Source: Clostridia bacterium
Lineage (GTDB): Bacteria > Bacillota > Clostridia > TANB77 > CAG-508
Direction of reading: 5' to 3'
DNA: 64,000 bases
Assembly: GCA_900759015.1 (NCBI GenBank)
Contig: CAAEUE010000001.1
Location: 45,637-109,636, forward strand
Both the position numbers and the translations under genes were made by a program. Position 1 is the stretch's first letter. The number at the start of each line of letters is the position of its first letter. Shown one piece after another: positions 9,417-21,215 of the stretch. Under the pieces are notes generated by a model, which did no database searches, was not told where the DNA came from, and was given only the letters and a program-made list of their open reading frames with translations.

Positions 9417-11102
9417 CTAACCTTCATCTGCGAGTTTTCGAAAAGATGGATTTTTATACAATTCAGAATATGTACCTTTGGCAACAATTTTACCATTATC
9501 CATATAAAGTATGACATCTGCATCTTGAAGTATATGAATACGGTGGGCTACCATAATTATAGTATGATTTTTAGTCATACTTTTTAGAGTTGATACAATC
9601 CTATTTTGAGTTATATTATCCATTGCGGAAGTAGACTCATCTAGTAGAATTATTTTGGAAGTACGAAGTGGAATTCTTGCTAGTGCCAATCTTTGCAATT
9701 GACTTCCAGAAAGAGTAGAACGATTAATTACTGTATCAAGACCATTCTCTAAATCTCTTACAAATTTATCAGCATCAGCATATCTAAGAGCCTTCCACAT
9801 ATCTTTTTCTGTAGCCTTACTATTTGCAAGCTGCAAATTTTCTCTCAAGGTCATGGTGAAAATAAAAGGAGTTTGTGGTGCATGTCGGATAATAGATCTA
9901 ATTGTATAATCATCGATTTTTCTTATATCCATTCCATCTAATTCAACAATTCCAGAGTCTGGAATGATATCTCGAGATAGAACTTTAAGAAGTGTAGACT
10001 TTCCACAACCACCTTCACCAACAATTCCGATAAATGAATTGGGTTTTATTTCTAATGAAATATTATCTAAAATTGTTTTACCTTCTATATTCACCGAAAC
10101 ATTTTTTAAATTAATATTACCGACAACATTTTCTATATGAAAATGTTTATGCCCATATTCTTCTTTCTCTAGTAAAGAATTGTAGCAAAGAATTTCATCA
10201 ATTCTATTTTTTGATACAGTAAATTTAGAATAGTACTGTAAAACTCTTGAAATTGATGAAACCAAAAGTATTATGTAATTTTTGTACATATATAAAGTTA
10301 TTAATTTTTCTATGCTCAAGTTCCCAAGCCTAATCAGAAATAGTCCTAAACCTAAAAATGAAAACAGTAATGTTTGAAGGACAATTGAACTAGCCATATT
10401 ATTTTTTGCGACTGCATCTGTTTCTTCGATTGATGAAGTTGATTCATTTTTTAGTGATTCTTCAAATATATGCTTAAGGTTAGGACCTAACAGTTGACCT
10501 TTTACATCTAAAATTGCTTCTATACCTTCAAGAATAAGACCATGAGTTTTCTCATATGCAGTCTGTCTTTTTTCGGCTTTTGAGTTAAGTTTACCTAAAG
10601 TGTTTTTTTGATATATGAGCAGAATTATAAAACTAGATATAAAAAGTAAGAAGATTGGTAAACTTATAAAAGCAGTATAAATAAGTACAAATATACCTGA
10701 AAGAATGCTAAGCCACTGTTCGGCAATAACAAACATATTGTTTATTAAGTTATCTCCTTCACAAACGATGGAAGCTAACCGCTCATTGTTGTTATATTTC
10801 TTAATTGAGATTGATGTTGAATTAATAAGGTTTCTGGCAACTGCCATCTTTATACTTTTGGCGATGGACATTTTACAGCGTATTGAAATTTTGCTTTTTA
10901 TAAGATTTAGTAATGGTGATAAAAGCCCAAGCAAAAATAATATGCTGGCAAGTAATAAGGCTTTTTTTAAATTACCGAGATTTACAAGTAATTTACTTGT
11001 AAATTGTGGAGTAAGCAAATTAATGATTGCGATTATACCACTTAACAAAAAAATAATTATGAATTTTTTCCATTCCTTCCGAAAAAAATGATGTTGTTTC
11101 AT
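9417..11102 (-). CDS. ABC transporter, fused permease/ATP-binding exporter
   Basis: 561 aa. N-terminal 5-6 TM helices, then Walker A GEGGCGKST, signature LSGSQLQRLALAR and Walker B ILLDE. Confidence 0.85.
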   Translation of the reverse strand: MKQHHFFRKEWKKFIIIFLLSGIIAIINLLTPQFTSKLLVNLGNLKKALLLASILFLLGLLSPLLNLIKSKISIRCKMSIAKSIKMAVARNLINSTSISIKKYNNNERLASIVCEGDNLINNMFVIAEQWLSILSGIFVLIYTAFISLPIFLLFISSFIILLIYQKNTLGKLNSKAEKRQTAYEKTHGLILEGIEAILDVKGQLLGPNLKHIFEESLKNESTSSIEETDAVAKNNMASSIVLQTLLFSFLGLGLFLIRLGNLSIEKLITLYMYKNYIILLVSSISRVLQYYSKFTVSKNRIDEILCYNSLLEKEEYGHKHFHIENVVGNINLKNVSVNIEGKTILDNISLEIKPNSFIGIVGEGGCGKSTLLKVLSRDIIPDSGIVELDGMDIRKIDDYTIRSIIRHAPQTPFIFTMTLRENLQLANSKATEKDMWKALRYADADKFVRDLENGLDTVINRSTLSGSQLQRLALARIPLRTSKIILLDESTSAMDNITQNRIVSTLKSMTKNHTIIMVAHRIHILQDADVILYMDNGKIVAKGTYSELYKNPSFRKLADEG

Positions 11103-11320
11103 ATAATGTACCTCCTATTAAAATTATTTTCTCTATGTATACTGTTTAAATGAAAACATAGGAAAAAACAACAAATACTTAACATAATTATACCATAAAA
11201 TAGTAATGTTAACAATAAATGAAAAAAGTGTTCTAAAAATCGTATAGAGCTAATAAAATTAATATGGAAAAGCTTTAATAAAAAGAAATGTGAATTTTAT
11301 GTGAAAATTAGCAAACATAC

Positions 11321-11377
11321 TTGACAAGTGCTAAAAAAAGGTATAAATTATTAGCAGTCACAAAGAAAGAGTGCTAA
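11321..11377 (+). promoter_or_regulatory. groESL sigma-A promoter with CIRCE (HrcA operator)
   Basis: TTGACA (11321), then a -10 TATAAA about 17 bp downstream. A perfect CIRCE, TTAGCAGTC-N9-GAGTGCTAA, lies at 11351..11377. Confidence 0.8.
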
Positions 11378-11407
11378 TAATCATATATATATAGGAGGTA
11401 ATGTGTA

Positions 11408-13353
<1,946 letters not shown>

Positions 13354-13401
13354 TAAAAACAGTAAAAGAAATTAGAAAAGAAATGCGAAAAAAATGCGAA
13401 A

Positions 13402-13430
13402 AGGGATTTGGGGACGGTGCTTAAATCCCT
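13402..13430. repeat. Dispersed palindromic element copy 2 (AGGGATTTggGGACGGTgcttAAATCCCT)
   Basis: Same inverted-repeat arms and GGACG core as copy 1, directly after groEL. A second hairpin plus T-run at 13447..13480 acts as the terminator. Confidence 0.6.
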
Positions 13431-13552
13431 TTTATAAAATAAAAAAAGGATTTAAAGTCGAAACTTTGAATCCTTTTTTGCCTAAAATAGGTAAAAATTT
13501 GAAAAAAGTTACATAATATGGTAGGATAATTGATGAACAAGGTAAAAAATGT

Positions 13553-14269
13553 ATGCCAGAGTTTGGCAGAAAGGAAGGAAACAGTATGGAATGGACAAGA
13601 ACAGCAGATATAATGGAGCGGGAACTTTTAGAGGTAAATGTAGCACCTGCGATTTATGATGAGCTGAAAGTAGCTTGGAAGAAAGAGTCAGAGTTATTTC
13701 AGGAATCCCTGAAAACGTGGAAGGGTCCAGAAGGCGGATTGTTGTATGCTGTAACTGAAGAGGTAGCGGAACTAGTAAAATCAATGCCGGTGCAAAGTTC
13801 TCTAACTGAAAGGGATGAGAACAATGGGAATATTACCGCTACTGTGGCAAGTAGTGGAGGGACCATTATTGCAACAAAATTTTTGGAGAGATACTTTGAT
13901 TCAGAAAAAAGAGTGTCTATTGAGCAGTTAGCAAAGCTATCAGTAGAGCTTGGATACAATAAGCACGAAGACGGAGCATACATTTGGTATGACAAATTTC
14001 TTCCAAGATATTTAGGGCTTAAGAGCAGGAGAATTGCTGATATAAAAGAAATTTTAGAAGCAATTAAGATAAGAAGAGTGCCTGTTCTCTTGCTTAAAAA
14101 ATCTGTTTATAAACAGGAACAGGAAAACAACGATTTTCATTTCGTGATAATTTTGGGAGTGGATAAATATGGGTATCATATTTATGCTCCTGAGAGCCCA
14201 AAGCTTATACGTTGTGAATTCGATAAGATTCACAATGCCGTTCGTGTCGGCTGGATTATTTCTAATTAG
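13553..14269 (+). CDS. Hypothetical protein, compositionally distinct (GC-richer)
   Basis: 238 aa ORF with no motif recognised. An alternative start is MEWTRT at 13586. GC is noticeably above the window average. Followed by a GC-rich hairpin at 14273..14308. Confidence 0.5.
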   Translation: MPEFGRKEGNSMEWTRTADIMERELLEVNVAPAIYDELKVAWKKESELFQESLKTWKGPEGGLLYAVTEEVAELVKSMPVQSSLTERDENNGNITATVASSGGTIIATKFLERYFDSEKRVSIEQLAKLSVELGYNKHEDGAYIWYDKFLPRYLGLKSRRIADIKEILEAIKIRRVPVLLLKKSVYKQEQENNDFHFVIILGVDKYGYHIYAPESPKLIRCEFDKIHNAVRVGWIISN

Positions 14270-14333
14270 CATATTGGAGCAGACTAGGTATTCTTAGCCT
14301 GCTCCAATAAGTTATAATAAAATATATCTAATA

Positions 14334-14375
14334 AAAAAACGATTGGTAAAATAATTTACCAATCGTTTTTTTAAA
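14334..14375. terminator. Bidirectional terminator hairpin
   Basis: Stem AACGATTGGTAAA / TTTACCAATCGTT with an A-run upstream and a T-run downstream. It sits between convergent genes. Confidence 0.55.
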
Positions 14376-14401
14376 CTTTTATAAGTGGCGTCAAAATTTA
14401 A

Positions 14402-14524
14402 TTAACAACATCCGTTTCTTCTATTTCCACCACAACAACAGAATATTATAATTAATAGTATTATCCATGTGCAGCAATCATCTCCAAAACCGAAACCACA
14501 TCCACAACCTCTATTTTCTGGCAT
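14402..14524 (-). CDS. Tiny Cys/Gly-rich transmembrane protein, YjcZ-like sporulation family (40 aa)
   Basis: Codon-by-codon reverse-strand translation gives MPENRGCGCGFGFGDDCCTWIILLIIIFCCCGGNRRNGCC. RBS AGGAGGG upstream. The ORF track merged this into an 82-aa ORF with an implausible N-terminus. Confidence 0.6.
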   Translation of the reverse strand: MPENRGCGCGFGFGDDCCTWIILLIIIFCCCGGNRRNGCC

Positions 14525-14588
14525 ATCAAATCCCTCCTTTCTAAACATATAAGTATATCTGTTTAAAATTATTAAAACAGTAAAATAT

Positions 14589-14711
14589 TTAGCAACCACA
14601 TGGGTCACATGGTGTGTCACATCCACATCCAGAATTTCTACTATTTCCACAGCCGCAGAAAAGTATTAAGAAAAGAATGATGAACCATAATAAATCATTA
14701 TTACAACACAT
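14589..14711 (-). CDS. Tiny Cys/Gly-rich transmembrane protein, YjcZ-like sporulation family (40 aa), tandem paralogue
   Basis: Reverse-strand translation gives MCCNNDLLWFIILFLILFCGCGNSRNSGCGCDTPCDPCGC. RBS GGGAGG upstream. Below the ORF-track size cutoff. Confidence 0.6.
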   Translation of the reverse strand: MCCNNDLLWFIILFLILFCGCGNSRNSGCGCDTPCDPCGC

Positions 14712-14856
14712 AATATTACCTCCCTTTTCTCTCAAGACCTAAGTTTTTTTCTTAGTATGATATATCTTATTCGAAATATATCTATTGTGTTACTAAAAAA
14801 ATAATGATATAATTTCTGGCAGAATGGTAGTGTATATAGGAAAAGGAGAAAAATAT

Positions 14857-17028
14857 ATGGGTAATATTGTTTTATTAGATGAATTAACAATAAATAAAAT
14901 AGCTGCAGGAGAAGTTATAGAAAGACCAGCATCTGTAGTAAAAGAAATGGTGGAAAACTCAATAGATGCAGGCGCTACTTCTATAACAGTAGAAATAAAA
15001 AATGGAGGAATATCTTATATAAGAATTACAGATAATGGTAAAGGAATTGCAAAAGATGATACAGAAATTGCTTTTGAAAGACATGCAACCAGTAAAATAA
15101 GGCAGGCAAGTGATATAGAGACAATTCATTCTATGGGGTTTAGAGGTGAAGCTTTAGCAAGTATTGCAGCTGTTGCAAATGTAGAACTAATAACAAAAAC
15201 AGAAAATGACGAAATAGGAACAAGACTAGTGGTAGAAGCGGGAAAGGTATTAGAGCATGAAGAAATAGGTTGTAAAACAGGAACTTCGATAACTGTAAGA
15301 AATTTATTTTTTAATACACCTGTTAGATATAAATTTTTAAAGAAAGATTTTACAGAGTCAGGTTATATAGAGGATGCTATTACAAGACTTGCACTAGTAA
15401 ATCCTAATATAGCTTTTAAATTAGTTAATACAGGTAAAGTGATTATTCAGACATCTGGAAATGGGGACATTCAAGCTGTTATATATGGTATATATGGAAA
15501 AAACATAGCAGAAAATGTTTTAAAAGTAGATTATACATATGAAGATATACATATTTCGGGTGTTATAGGAAAACCAGAAATAGCAAGGTCAAATAGATCA
15601 AATCAATTATTTTTTGTAAATAATAGATATGTAAAAGATAAAACATTATCAGGAGCAATTGAAAAAGGATTTAAAGGGTTGCTTACAATAGGAAAATATG
15701 CATTTTCAATTTTAAATATAGAAATGGATCCTGCAAAAGTAGACGTCAATGTTCATCCAGCAAAATTAGAAGTTAGATTTTCGGATGAATCAAAAATATT
15801 TAAATCAGTATACCATGCAGTAAATGATACTTTATTAAAAAATGATTTAATAAAAAATTCAGATAGAGGAGAAAGTGATACTCATATATCAAGTGGTTCA
15901 TTATTCGGAAATAGGAATAAAGTAGAAACAGAAATTAAAAATAATACATTTAATAGTTTATTAGAATTACAAAAAAAGATTAAAGAAGATTTGGAAAAAA
16001 GCAAGAAAGAAATAAATTATAATACATCAAAAAATGATGAAGAGAAGGATATGCCTATTCAAAAAGAAGAAGAAAAAACAACAGTTACGAAGGAACCTTT
16101 AGAAGAAAATATAACTGTAAATACAGAATTAAAAGTGGATGAACCAAAGAATAGTGTAAAAGAAGAAGCAATAAAAAATGAACCCAAAAATGATGTAAAA
16201 AAAGATGAAATTAAATTAGATGTAAAAGAATTAGAAGAAGCTAGTAAAGAGATAGACAAACAAATTGAAAATTTAACAAATGAAAATATAAAAGATGAAG
16301 AAAAAAAGGAAAGTTTTGATGAAATGTACTTTAAGATTTTTGGTACAAAACCACCAAAAATTGATGGAGACCCAAAAGAAGAACCAAAAGCAATTACAAA
16401 AGAAGATAATACAACTTTATTTGAAACAATTGAAGATGATTATAAATATAAACAACAATATAAATTTATAGGAATAGTATTTAATACTTATATCATTTTT
16501 GAAATGGATGATGAAATGTACATAATGGATCAACATGCGGCTCATGAAAGAATTATGTTTGAAAAGGTAAAAAAGAATTTTTATTCAGATGAAGAAAAAG
16601 ATTCACAATTAATGATTTTACCAGATATAATTACATTAACACATAAAGAAATGAATATTGCTAAAGAAAATATGGAGTTGTTTAAAAAAGCAGGATTTAT
16701 AATAGAAGAATTTGGTGACAATACAATAAAAATTTCTGGAACACCAAGTATATGTATAGATCTTAATACTAGAGATTTATTCCTAGAAACATTAGATGAG
16801 ATAAATTCTGTTGCAAGAACAGCAAAACAAGAAATTGAAAATAAATTTTTAGCAACAATAGCATGTAAAGCAGCAGTAAAAGCACATATGGTTTTATCAA
16901 AAGAAGAGGTAGAAAGTTTAATGGATGAATTATTAAAATTACCAAATCCATTTACATGCCCACATGGAAGACCAACTGTTATAAAAATGTCTAAATATGA
17001 GATAGAAAGAAAATTTGAAAGAAAGTAA
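14857..17028 (+). CDS. mutL: DNA mismatch repair protein MutL
   Basis: GHKL ATPase N-terminus (LDELTINKIAAGEVIERPASVVKEMVENSIDAG), a long K/E-rich linker and a C-terminal dimerisation/endonuclease region (DQHAAHERI). ORF track 14824..17028; the better start is ATG 14857 after AAAGGAGAAAA. Confidence 0.95.
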   Translation: MGNIVLLDELTINKIAAGEVIERPASVVKEMVENSIDAGATSITVEIKNGGISYIRITDNGKGIAKDDTEIAFERHATSKIRQASDIETIHSMGFRGEALASIAAVANVELITKTENDEIGTRLVVEAGKVLEHEEIGCKTGTSITVRNLFFNTPVRYKFLKKDFTESGYIEDAITRLALVNPNIAFKLVNTGKVIIQTSGNGDIQAVIYGIYGKNIAENVLKVDYTYEDIHISGVIGKPEIARSNRSNQLFFVNNRYVKDKTLSGAIEKGFKGLLTIGKYAFSILNIEMDPAKVDVNVHPAKLEVRFSDESKIFKSVYHAVNDTLLKNDLIKNSDRGESDTHISSGSLFGNRNKVETEIKNNTFNSLLELQKKIKEDLEKSKKEINYNTSKNDEEKDMPIQKEEEKTTVTKEPLEENITVNTELKVDEPKNSVKEEAIKNEPKNDVKKDEIKLDVKELEEASKEIDKQIENLTNENIKDEEKKESFDEMYFKIFGTKPPKIDGDPKEEPKAITKEDNTTLFETIEDDYKYKQQYKFIGIVFNTYIIFEMDDEMYIMDQHAAHERIMFEKVKKNFYSDEEKDSQLMILPDIITLTHKEMNIAKENMELFKKAGFIIEEFGDNTIKISGTPSICIDLNTRDLFLETLDEINSVARTAKQEIENKFLATIACKAAVKAHMVLSKEEVESLMDELLKLPNPFTCPHGRPTVIKMSKYEIERKFERK

Positions 17029-17974
17029 AATGGAGGGAAAAGTGAAAGAGACAATATCAAAAAAAGATGTTATAGTAATAGGAGGACCAACAGCATCAGG
17101 AAAAACAGGTTTATCCATAGAACTCGCAAAAAGAATAAATGGACAAATAGTTTCTGCTGATTCTATGCAAATATATAAAGATATGGATATAGGAACAGCT
17201 AAAGTTACAAAAGAAGAGATGCAGGGTATAAAACATTATATGATTGATATTGTAACTCCAGATAAAAGATATTCTGTTGCTGAATTTAAAACAGATGCAG
17301 AAAAGGCTATTGATGATATAATAAAAAATGGACATGTACCTATAGTGGTAGGTGGAACAGGGTTATATGTAAATAGCTTAATATATAATATTAATTATCC
17401 TCAATTAGAATTTGATAAAAAATATAGAGAATATTTAGAAGAACAAGTAAAAAAAGAAGGTTTGGATAAATTATACGAAGAAGCAAAAAAAATTGATGAA
17501 GAGGCTATTTCTAAAATTAGTCCAAATGACCAGAAAAGAATTTTAAGAATTTTAGAGATATATAACCAAACAGGAAAAACAAAAACTGAATTAGAGAAGA
17601 TTTCTAGAGAAGAACCACCAAAATATAATTATAAAGTGTTTGGTATAAATTATGAGAGAAGTAAATTATATGATAGAATAAATCTTAGGGTTGATAAAAT
17701 GTTAGACCAAGGTTTAATTCAAGAAGTAAAAAAGATTAAAGAAAAGTATAATGAATTTCCTACAGCAATGCAGGGATTAGGTTATAAAGAAGTTGTTCAA
17801 TACTTAGAAAATATATTTACATATGAAGAAATGGTAGAAAAAATAAAGCAAGAAAGTAGAAGATATGCTAAAAGGCAAATTACATGGTTTAAAGCTATAA
17901 AAGAATTAATTTGGTTAAAAGCAGAAGATGGAATCGAAAAGAACATAGAAATTATCTTGGAGGAGATAAATTGA
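17015..17974 (+). CDS. miaA: tRNA dimethylallyltransferase
   Basis: P-loop GGPTASGKT and an IPP transferase fold. TTG (17015) or ATG (17030) start. Confidence 0.9.
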   Translation: MKESKMEGKVKETISKKDVIVIGGPTASGKTGLSIELAKRINGQIVSADSMQIYKDMDIGTAKVTKEEMQGIKHYMIDIVTPDKRYSVAEFKTDAEKAIDDIIKNGHVPIVVGGTGLYVNSLIYNINYPQLEFDKKYREYLEEQVKKEGLDKLYEEAKKIDEEAISKISPNDQKRILRILEIYNQTGKTKTELEKISREEPPKYNYKVFGINYERSKLYDRINLRVDKMLDQGLIQEVKKIKEKYNEFPTAMQGLGYKEVVQYLENIFTYEEMVEKIKQESRRYAKRQITWFKAIKELIWLKAEDGIEKNIEIILEEIN

Positions 17975-19227
17975 AAGAAAAAATAGAGAGCAAAAGAAAA
18001 ACGAATAAGATAAAAATAGTTTTTATATGCATATTAGTAATAGCTGTTGTAATATATGCTGGTTATACTGCCTGGCAATTATTTACACATCCAACTGATG
18101 TATTTTTAGTAGAACAAGGTTCTATTTCTGAAGAACAAAAAGTAGAGGGATATATTATAAGAAGAGAGACAAAAGTACAGGGGAATAATTATAAAAATGG
18201 TATGGTACAAATAAAGACAGAAGGAGAAAAATGTGCTAAAGATGAAAATATATTTAGATATTATACTACTGGAGAAGAAGAACTGGTTAAGAAAATTCAA
18301 GAATTGGATGAACAAATAGATGAAGCACAGAAAAAATCGACTAATACAGTATTTCCAGGAGATATAAAACTTTTAGATGAAGAAATAGATTTAAGATTGT
18401 CAGAAATTTCTCAAAATAATAATGTACAAAAAATTTCTGAATACAAGAAGGAAATTGAAAACTATATTACTAAAAAAACAAATATTGTGGGAGAAAATAG
18501 CGAAGCTGGTTCATATTTAAGTAATCTGATACAAGAAAGAAAAAAATATGAAAACCAATTAAATTCAGGAAGCGAATATATAAAAGCTCCAATGAGTGGA
18601 GTAGTATCTTATAAGATAGATGGATTGGAAGAAGTATTAACACCAGATGATTTTAGTAGTTATAATAGATCTTTCTTTGAAAGTCTAAATTTGAAAACAG
18701 GACAAACAATAGCTACTAATACTGAATGTGGAAAGGTTGTAAATAATTATGAATGTTATATTGCAACAATTTTGAAAAAGAATCAATTGCACGATATAAA
18801 ACAGGGAAGTAAACTTAATTTACGCTTGTCAAATGGTGATGAAATATCTAGTAGCGTGGAATATATTATGGAACAAACAAATGATGATGTGTTAGTAGTA
18901 TTTAAAATAAATAAAGATGTAGAAAAATTAATAAGCAATAGGAAAATTTCTTTTGAAATTATATTTTGGCAATATTCAGGTTATAAAGTTCCTAATACTG
19001 CAATTATAAAAGAAAATGACTTAGCTTATGTAGTTAGAAATAGAGCAGGGTATTTAACTAGAGTATTAGTAAAAGTAGAAAAACAAAATGAAAGTTATTC
19101 AATAATAGACAATTATAGTTCGAATGAATTAAAAGAGATGGGGTATAATTCGTCTGATTTAAATGTTAGTACAAAGATAAATATGTATGATGAAATTCAA
19201 ACAGTAGCAAATAAGGATATTAAATAA
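17971..19227 (+). CDS. Membrane-anchored coiled-coil protein (possible HlyD/membrane-fusion-like)
   Basis: ORF track 17911..19227. The likely TTG start at 17971 overlaps the miaA stop and is preceded by GGAGGAG. One N-terminal TM helix, a long coiled coil and a beta-rich C-terminus. Confidence 0.55.
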   Translation: MKEKIESKRKTNKIKIVFICILVIAVVIYAGYTAWQLFTHPTDVFLVEQGSISEEQKVEGYIIRRETKVQGNNYKNGMVQIKTEGEKCAKDENIFRYYTTGEEELVKKIQELDEQIDEAQKKSTNTVFPGDIKLLDEEIDLRLSEISQNNNVQKISEYKKEIENYITKKTNIVGENSEAGSYLSNLIQERKKYENQLNSGSEYIKAPMSGVVSYKIDGLEEVLTPDDFSSYNRSFFESLNLKTGQTIATNTECGKVVNNYECYIATILKKNQLHDIKQGSKLNLRLSNGDEISSSVEYIMEQTNDDVLVVFKINKDVEKLISNRKISFEIIFWQYSGYKVPNTAIIKENDLAYVVRNRAGYLTRVLVKVEKQNESYSIIDNYSSNELKEMGYNSSDLNVSTKINMYDEIQTVANKDIK

Positions 19228-19355
19228 TATTACAACAATATTACAATAATATTAAGAATAAATTACAAAGAATAAAAAAGTATTGACAATAATAAAAAAA
19301 AGTTAGATACTATATGCAAATACCAACAAAGGAGAAATATTAGGAGGTTTTTTTG

Positions 19356-19868
19356 ATGGCAGGAGCTATAATGAACAAAGTATGGGATTTATTTGGAATG
19401 GATACAGAAAGAGATGCAGAAGAAGTAGAAGAAAAAACATATGATAACAACGATTATAATAATTATGATGGTTATGATGATGATGAAAATGATGAGATAG
19501 AAGATAGAAGAATATTTGGTGGAGGAAAGAAAAATAAAGAAAAAGTGGTATCTATGCCACAAACTCAACAAATAAAAATGGTTATTTCACAACCAACAAC
19601 ATTTGATCAATCAGAAGAAATTTGTGAATTTTTAAAAGAAAAGAAATCAGTAATTGTAAATTTAGAATATGTAAACAAAGATGTTGCTAGAAGAATAGTA
19701 GACTTTATTAGTGGAGGAGTTTTTGCATTAGATGGACATATTCAAAAAGTTTCAAACTCAATATTCTTAATAGCACCTTATAATTATGAAATCACAAATG
19801 AAATGGCAAGAGAAGAAATATCAAATAAATTATCAGTATCTTGGTTAAAAAATAATACTAAAAACTAG
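19356..19868 (+). CDS. sepF: Cell division protein SepF
   Basis: C-terminal DUF552/SepF core (KMVISQPTTFDQSEEICEFLKEKKSVIVNLEYVNKDVARRIVDFISGGVFALDGHIQKV). The N-terminus is an acidic N/Y/D low-complexity region. RBS TAGGAGG. Confidence 0.85.
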   Translation: MAGAIMNKVWDLFGMDTERDAEEVEEKTYDNNDYNNYDGYDDDENDEIEDRRIFGGGKKNKEKVVSMPQTQQIKMVISQPTTFDQSEEICEFLKEKKSVIVNLEYVNKDVARRIVDFISGGVFALDGHIQKVSNSIFLIAPYNYEITNEMAREEISNKLSVSWLKNNTKN

Positions 19869-19994
19869 TTTATATTTTAGAATTTTATTTGACGATTATA
19901 ATCATTAGCCAATTTAATATAAGCACGTATAATCGTGCTTATATTAAGGTTATGCGGATTATATTAATTAAATGCAAGAAGGAGGCGTAGCAAC

Positions 19995-20453
19995 ATGCTT
20001 ACACCATTAGATATAGAAAATAAAAAATTCTCAAAACAAATGGTTAATGGATACAGTGTAGAAGAAGTAGACGACTTTTTAGACGAATTAACTAAAGACT
20101 ATGGAAAAGCTTATAAAGAAAGTACAGAAGCTAAAAAAACAATAGATGAACTAACACAAAGTTTGGCTCATTATAAAAATATAGAAGAAACTATACAAAG
20201 TACTTTAGTTATGGCTCAATCAGCAGCAGAAGATGTGAAAAATGTAGCAAGACAACAAGCAGAACAAATAGTTAAAGATGCAAAAGGAAATGCTCAAAAA
20301 GAAGCTGATTCTTTATCACAAGAAATAAATATGAAGAAAAAAGAAATGGATGAGCTTAAAAAACAATTTGATGTATATAAAGCAAAAATGGAAGCTTTAT
20401 TGATATCTCAATTGGAATTATTAAAAGATATAAATAAAGAAGAAGAAAATTGA
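19995..20453 (+). CDS. divIVA: DivIVA domain protein
   Basis: MLTPLDIENKKFSKQMVNGYSVEEVDDFLDEL DivIVA N-terminal domain plus coiled coil. Confidence 0.85.
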   Translation: MLTPLDIENKKFSKQMVNGYSVEEVDDFLDELTKDYGKAYKESTEAKKTIDELTQSLAHYKNIEETIQSTLVMAQSAAEDVKNVARQQAEQIVKDAKGNAQKEADSLSQEINMKKKEMDELKKQFDVYKAKMEALLISQLELLKDINKEEEN

Positions 20454-20516
20454 CAAACTTATATAAATTAAAGAAAAATTAGGAGTTTGTCCGTGGTTTA
20501 ATTATATAGCACAAAC

Positions 20517-20558
20517 TAAAGACAAGTTTTACCTTTATATGTAAAATTTGTCTTTTAT
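20517..20558 (+). terminator. Terminator after divIVA
   Basis: Stem AAAGACAAGTTTTA / TAAAATTTGTCTTT followed by T-rich sequence. Confidence 0.4.
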
Positions 20559-20656
20559 TGGCTTTGTTACAGAACTATTAAATGTATGTTACATTTATAT
20601 TAATAATATTGACATATCTTTAATATTTAATAAAATATATTGTGTAAAGAGGTATT

Positions 20657-21211
20657 ATGAGAATTATAGGCGGATTAGCGAGAGGAACAAATTTATATAC
20701 TTTAGATGGACTAGATACTAGACCAACTTTAGATAGAGTTAGAGAATCGCTATTTAATATTATACAAAATGATATAAAAGATTCAGTTTTATTAGATTTA
20801 TTTGCTGGTAGTGGAGCAGTTGGGTTAGAAGCTATAAGCAGAGGCGCAAAGAAAGCTGTACTATGCGATAAAAATAAAAAAGCAATAGAAATAATAAATA
20901 AGAATGTAAAAAAATTAAGGGCTGAAGAAAAAGTACAAATATTATGTATAGACTATGAGAACTATTTAAAAACCTCACAAGAGAAATTTGATTTCATTTA
21001 TTTAGATCCACCATATAAAACAAAATGTATAAGTAAAAGTGTACAATTAATATATACTGAAAACTTATTAACAGAAAAAGGTGTGATAATAGCAGAAACA
21101 GATGAACTTGAAAAGGTAATAAATGAAATTAATGAAATGAAATTAAGTATAAATATTTATGATACTAGAAAATATGGTAGAGCAAGGTTAATATTTATGC
21201 GAAAGGAGTAA
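20657..21211 (+). CDS. rsmD: 16S rRNA (guanine966-N2)-methyltransferase RsmD
   Basis: 184 aa with MRIIGG..RG..L....RPT.DRVRE.LFN...LDLFAGSGA.G.EA.SRGA...DPPY. Confidence 0.9.
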   Translation: MRIIGGLARGTNLYTLDGLDTRPTLDRVRESLFNIIQNDIKDSVLLDLFAGSGAVGLEAISRGAKKAVLCDKNKKAIEIINKNVKKLRAEEKVQILCIDYENYLKTSQEKFDFIYLDPPYKTKCISKSVQLIYTENLLTEKGVIIAETDELEKVINEINEMKLSINIYDTRKYGRARLIFMRKE

Positions 21212-21215
21212 ACAA

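Noticed and set aside
10705-11091. 128-aa plus-strand ORF inside the ABC transporter gene
   Set aside because: Antisense to the conserved transmembrane domain. No RBS.
13381-13402. Tandem direct repeat AAATGCGAAAA x2 after groEL
   Set aside because: Only two short units. Too small to call a repeat array. Probably chance in A-rich spacer.
14402-14650. 82-aa ORF as given in the six-frame track
   Set aside because: The N-terminal 42 residues read through intergenic and terminator sequence with no RBS. The real gene is the 40-aa C-terminal part with its own strong RBS. A second 40-aa paralogue lies upstream.
19870-19994. Hairpin ATAAGCACG-TATAAT-CGTGCTTAT in the divIVA leader, considered as a riboswitch or T-box
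   Set aside because: Too short and lacking any conserved riboswitch core. More likely a simple attenuator or terminator of sepF.
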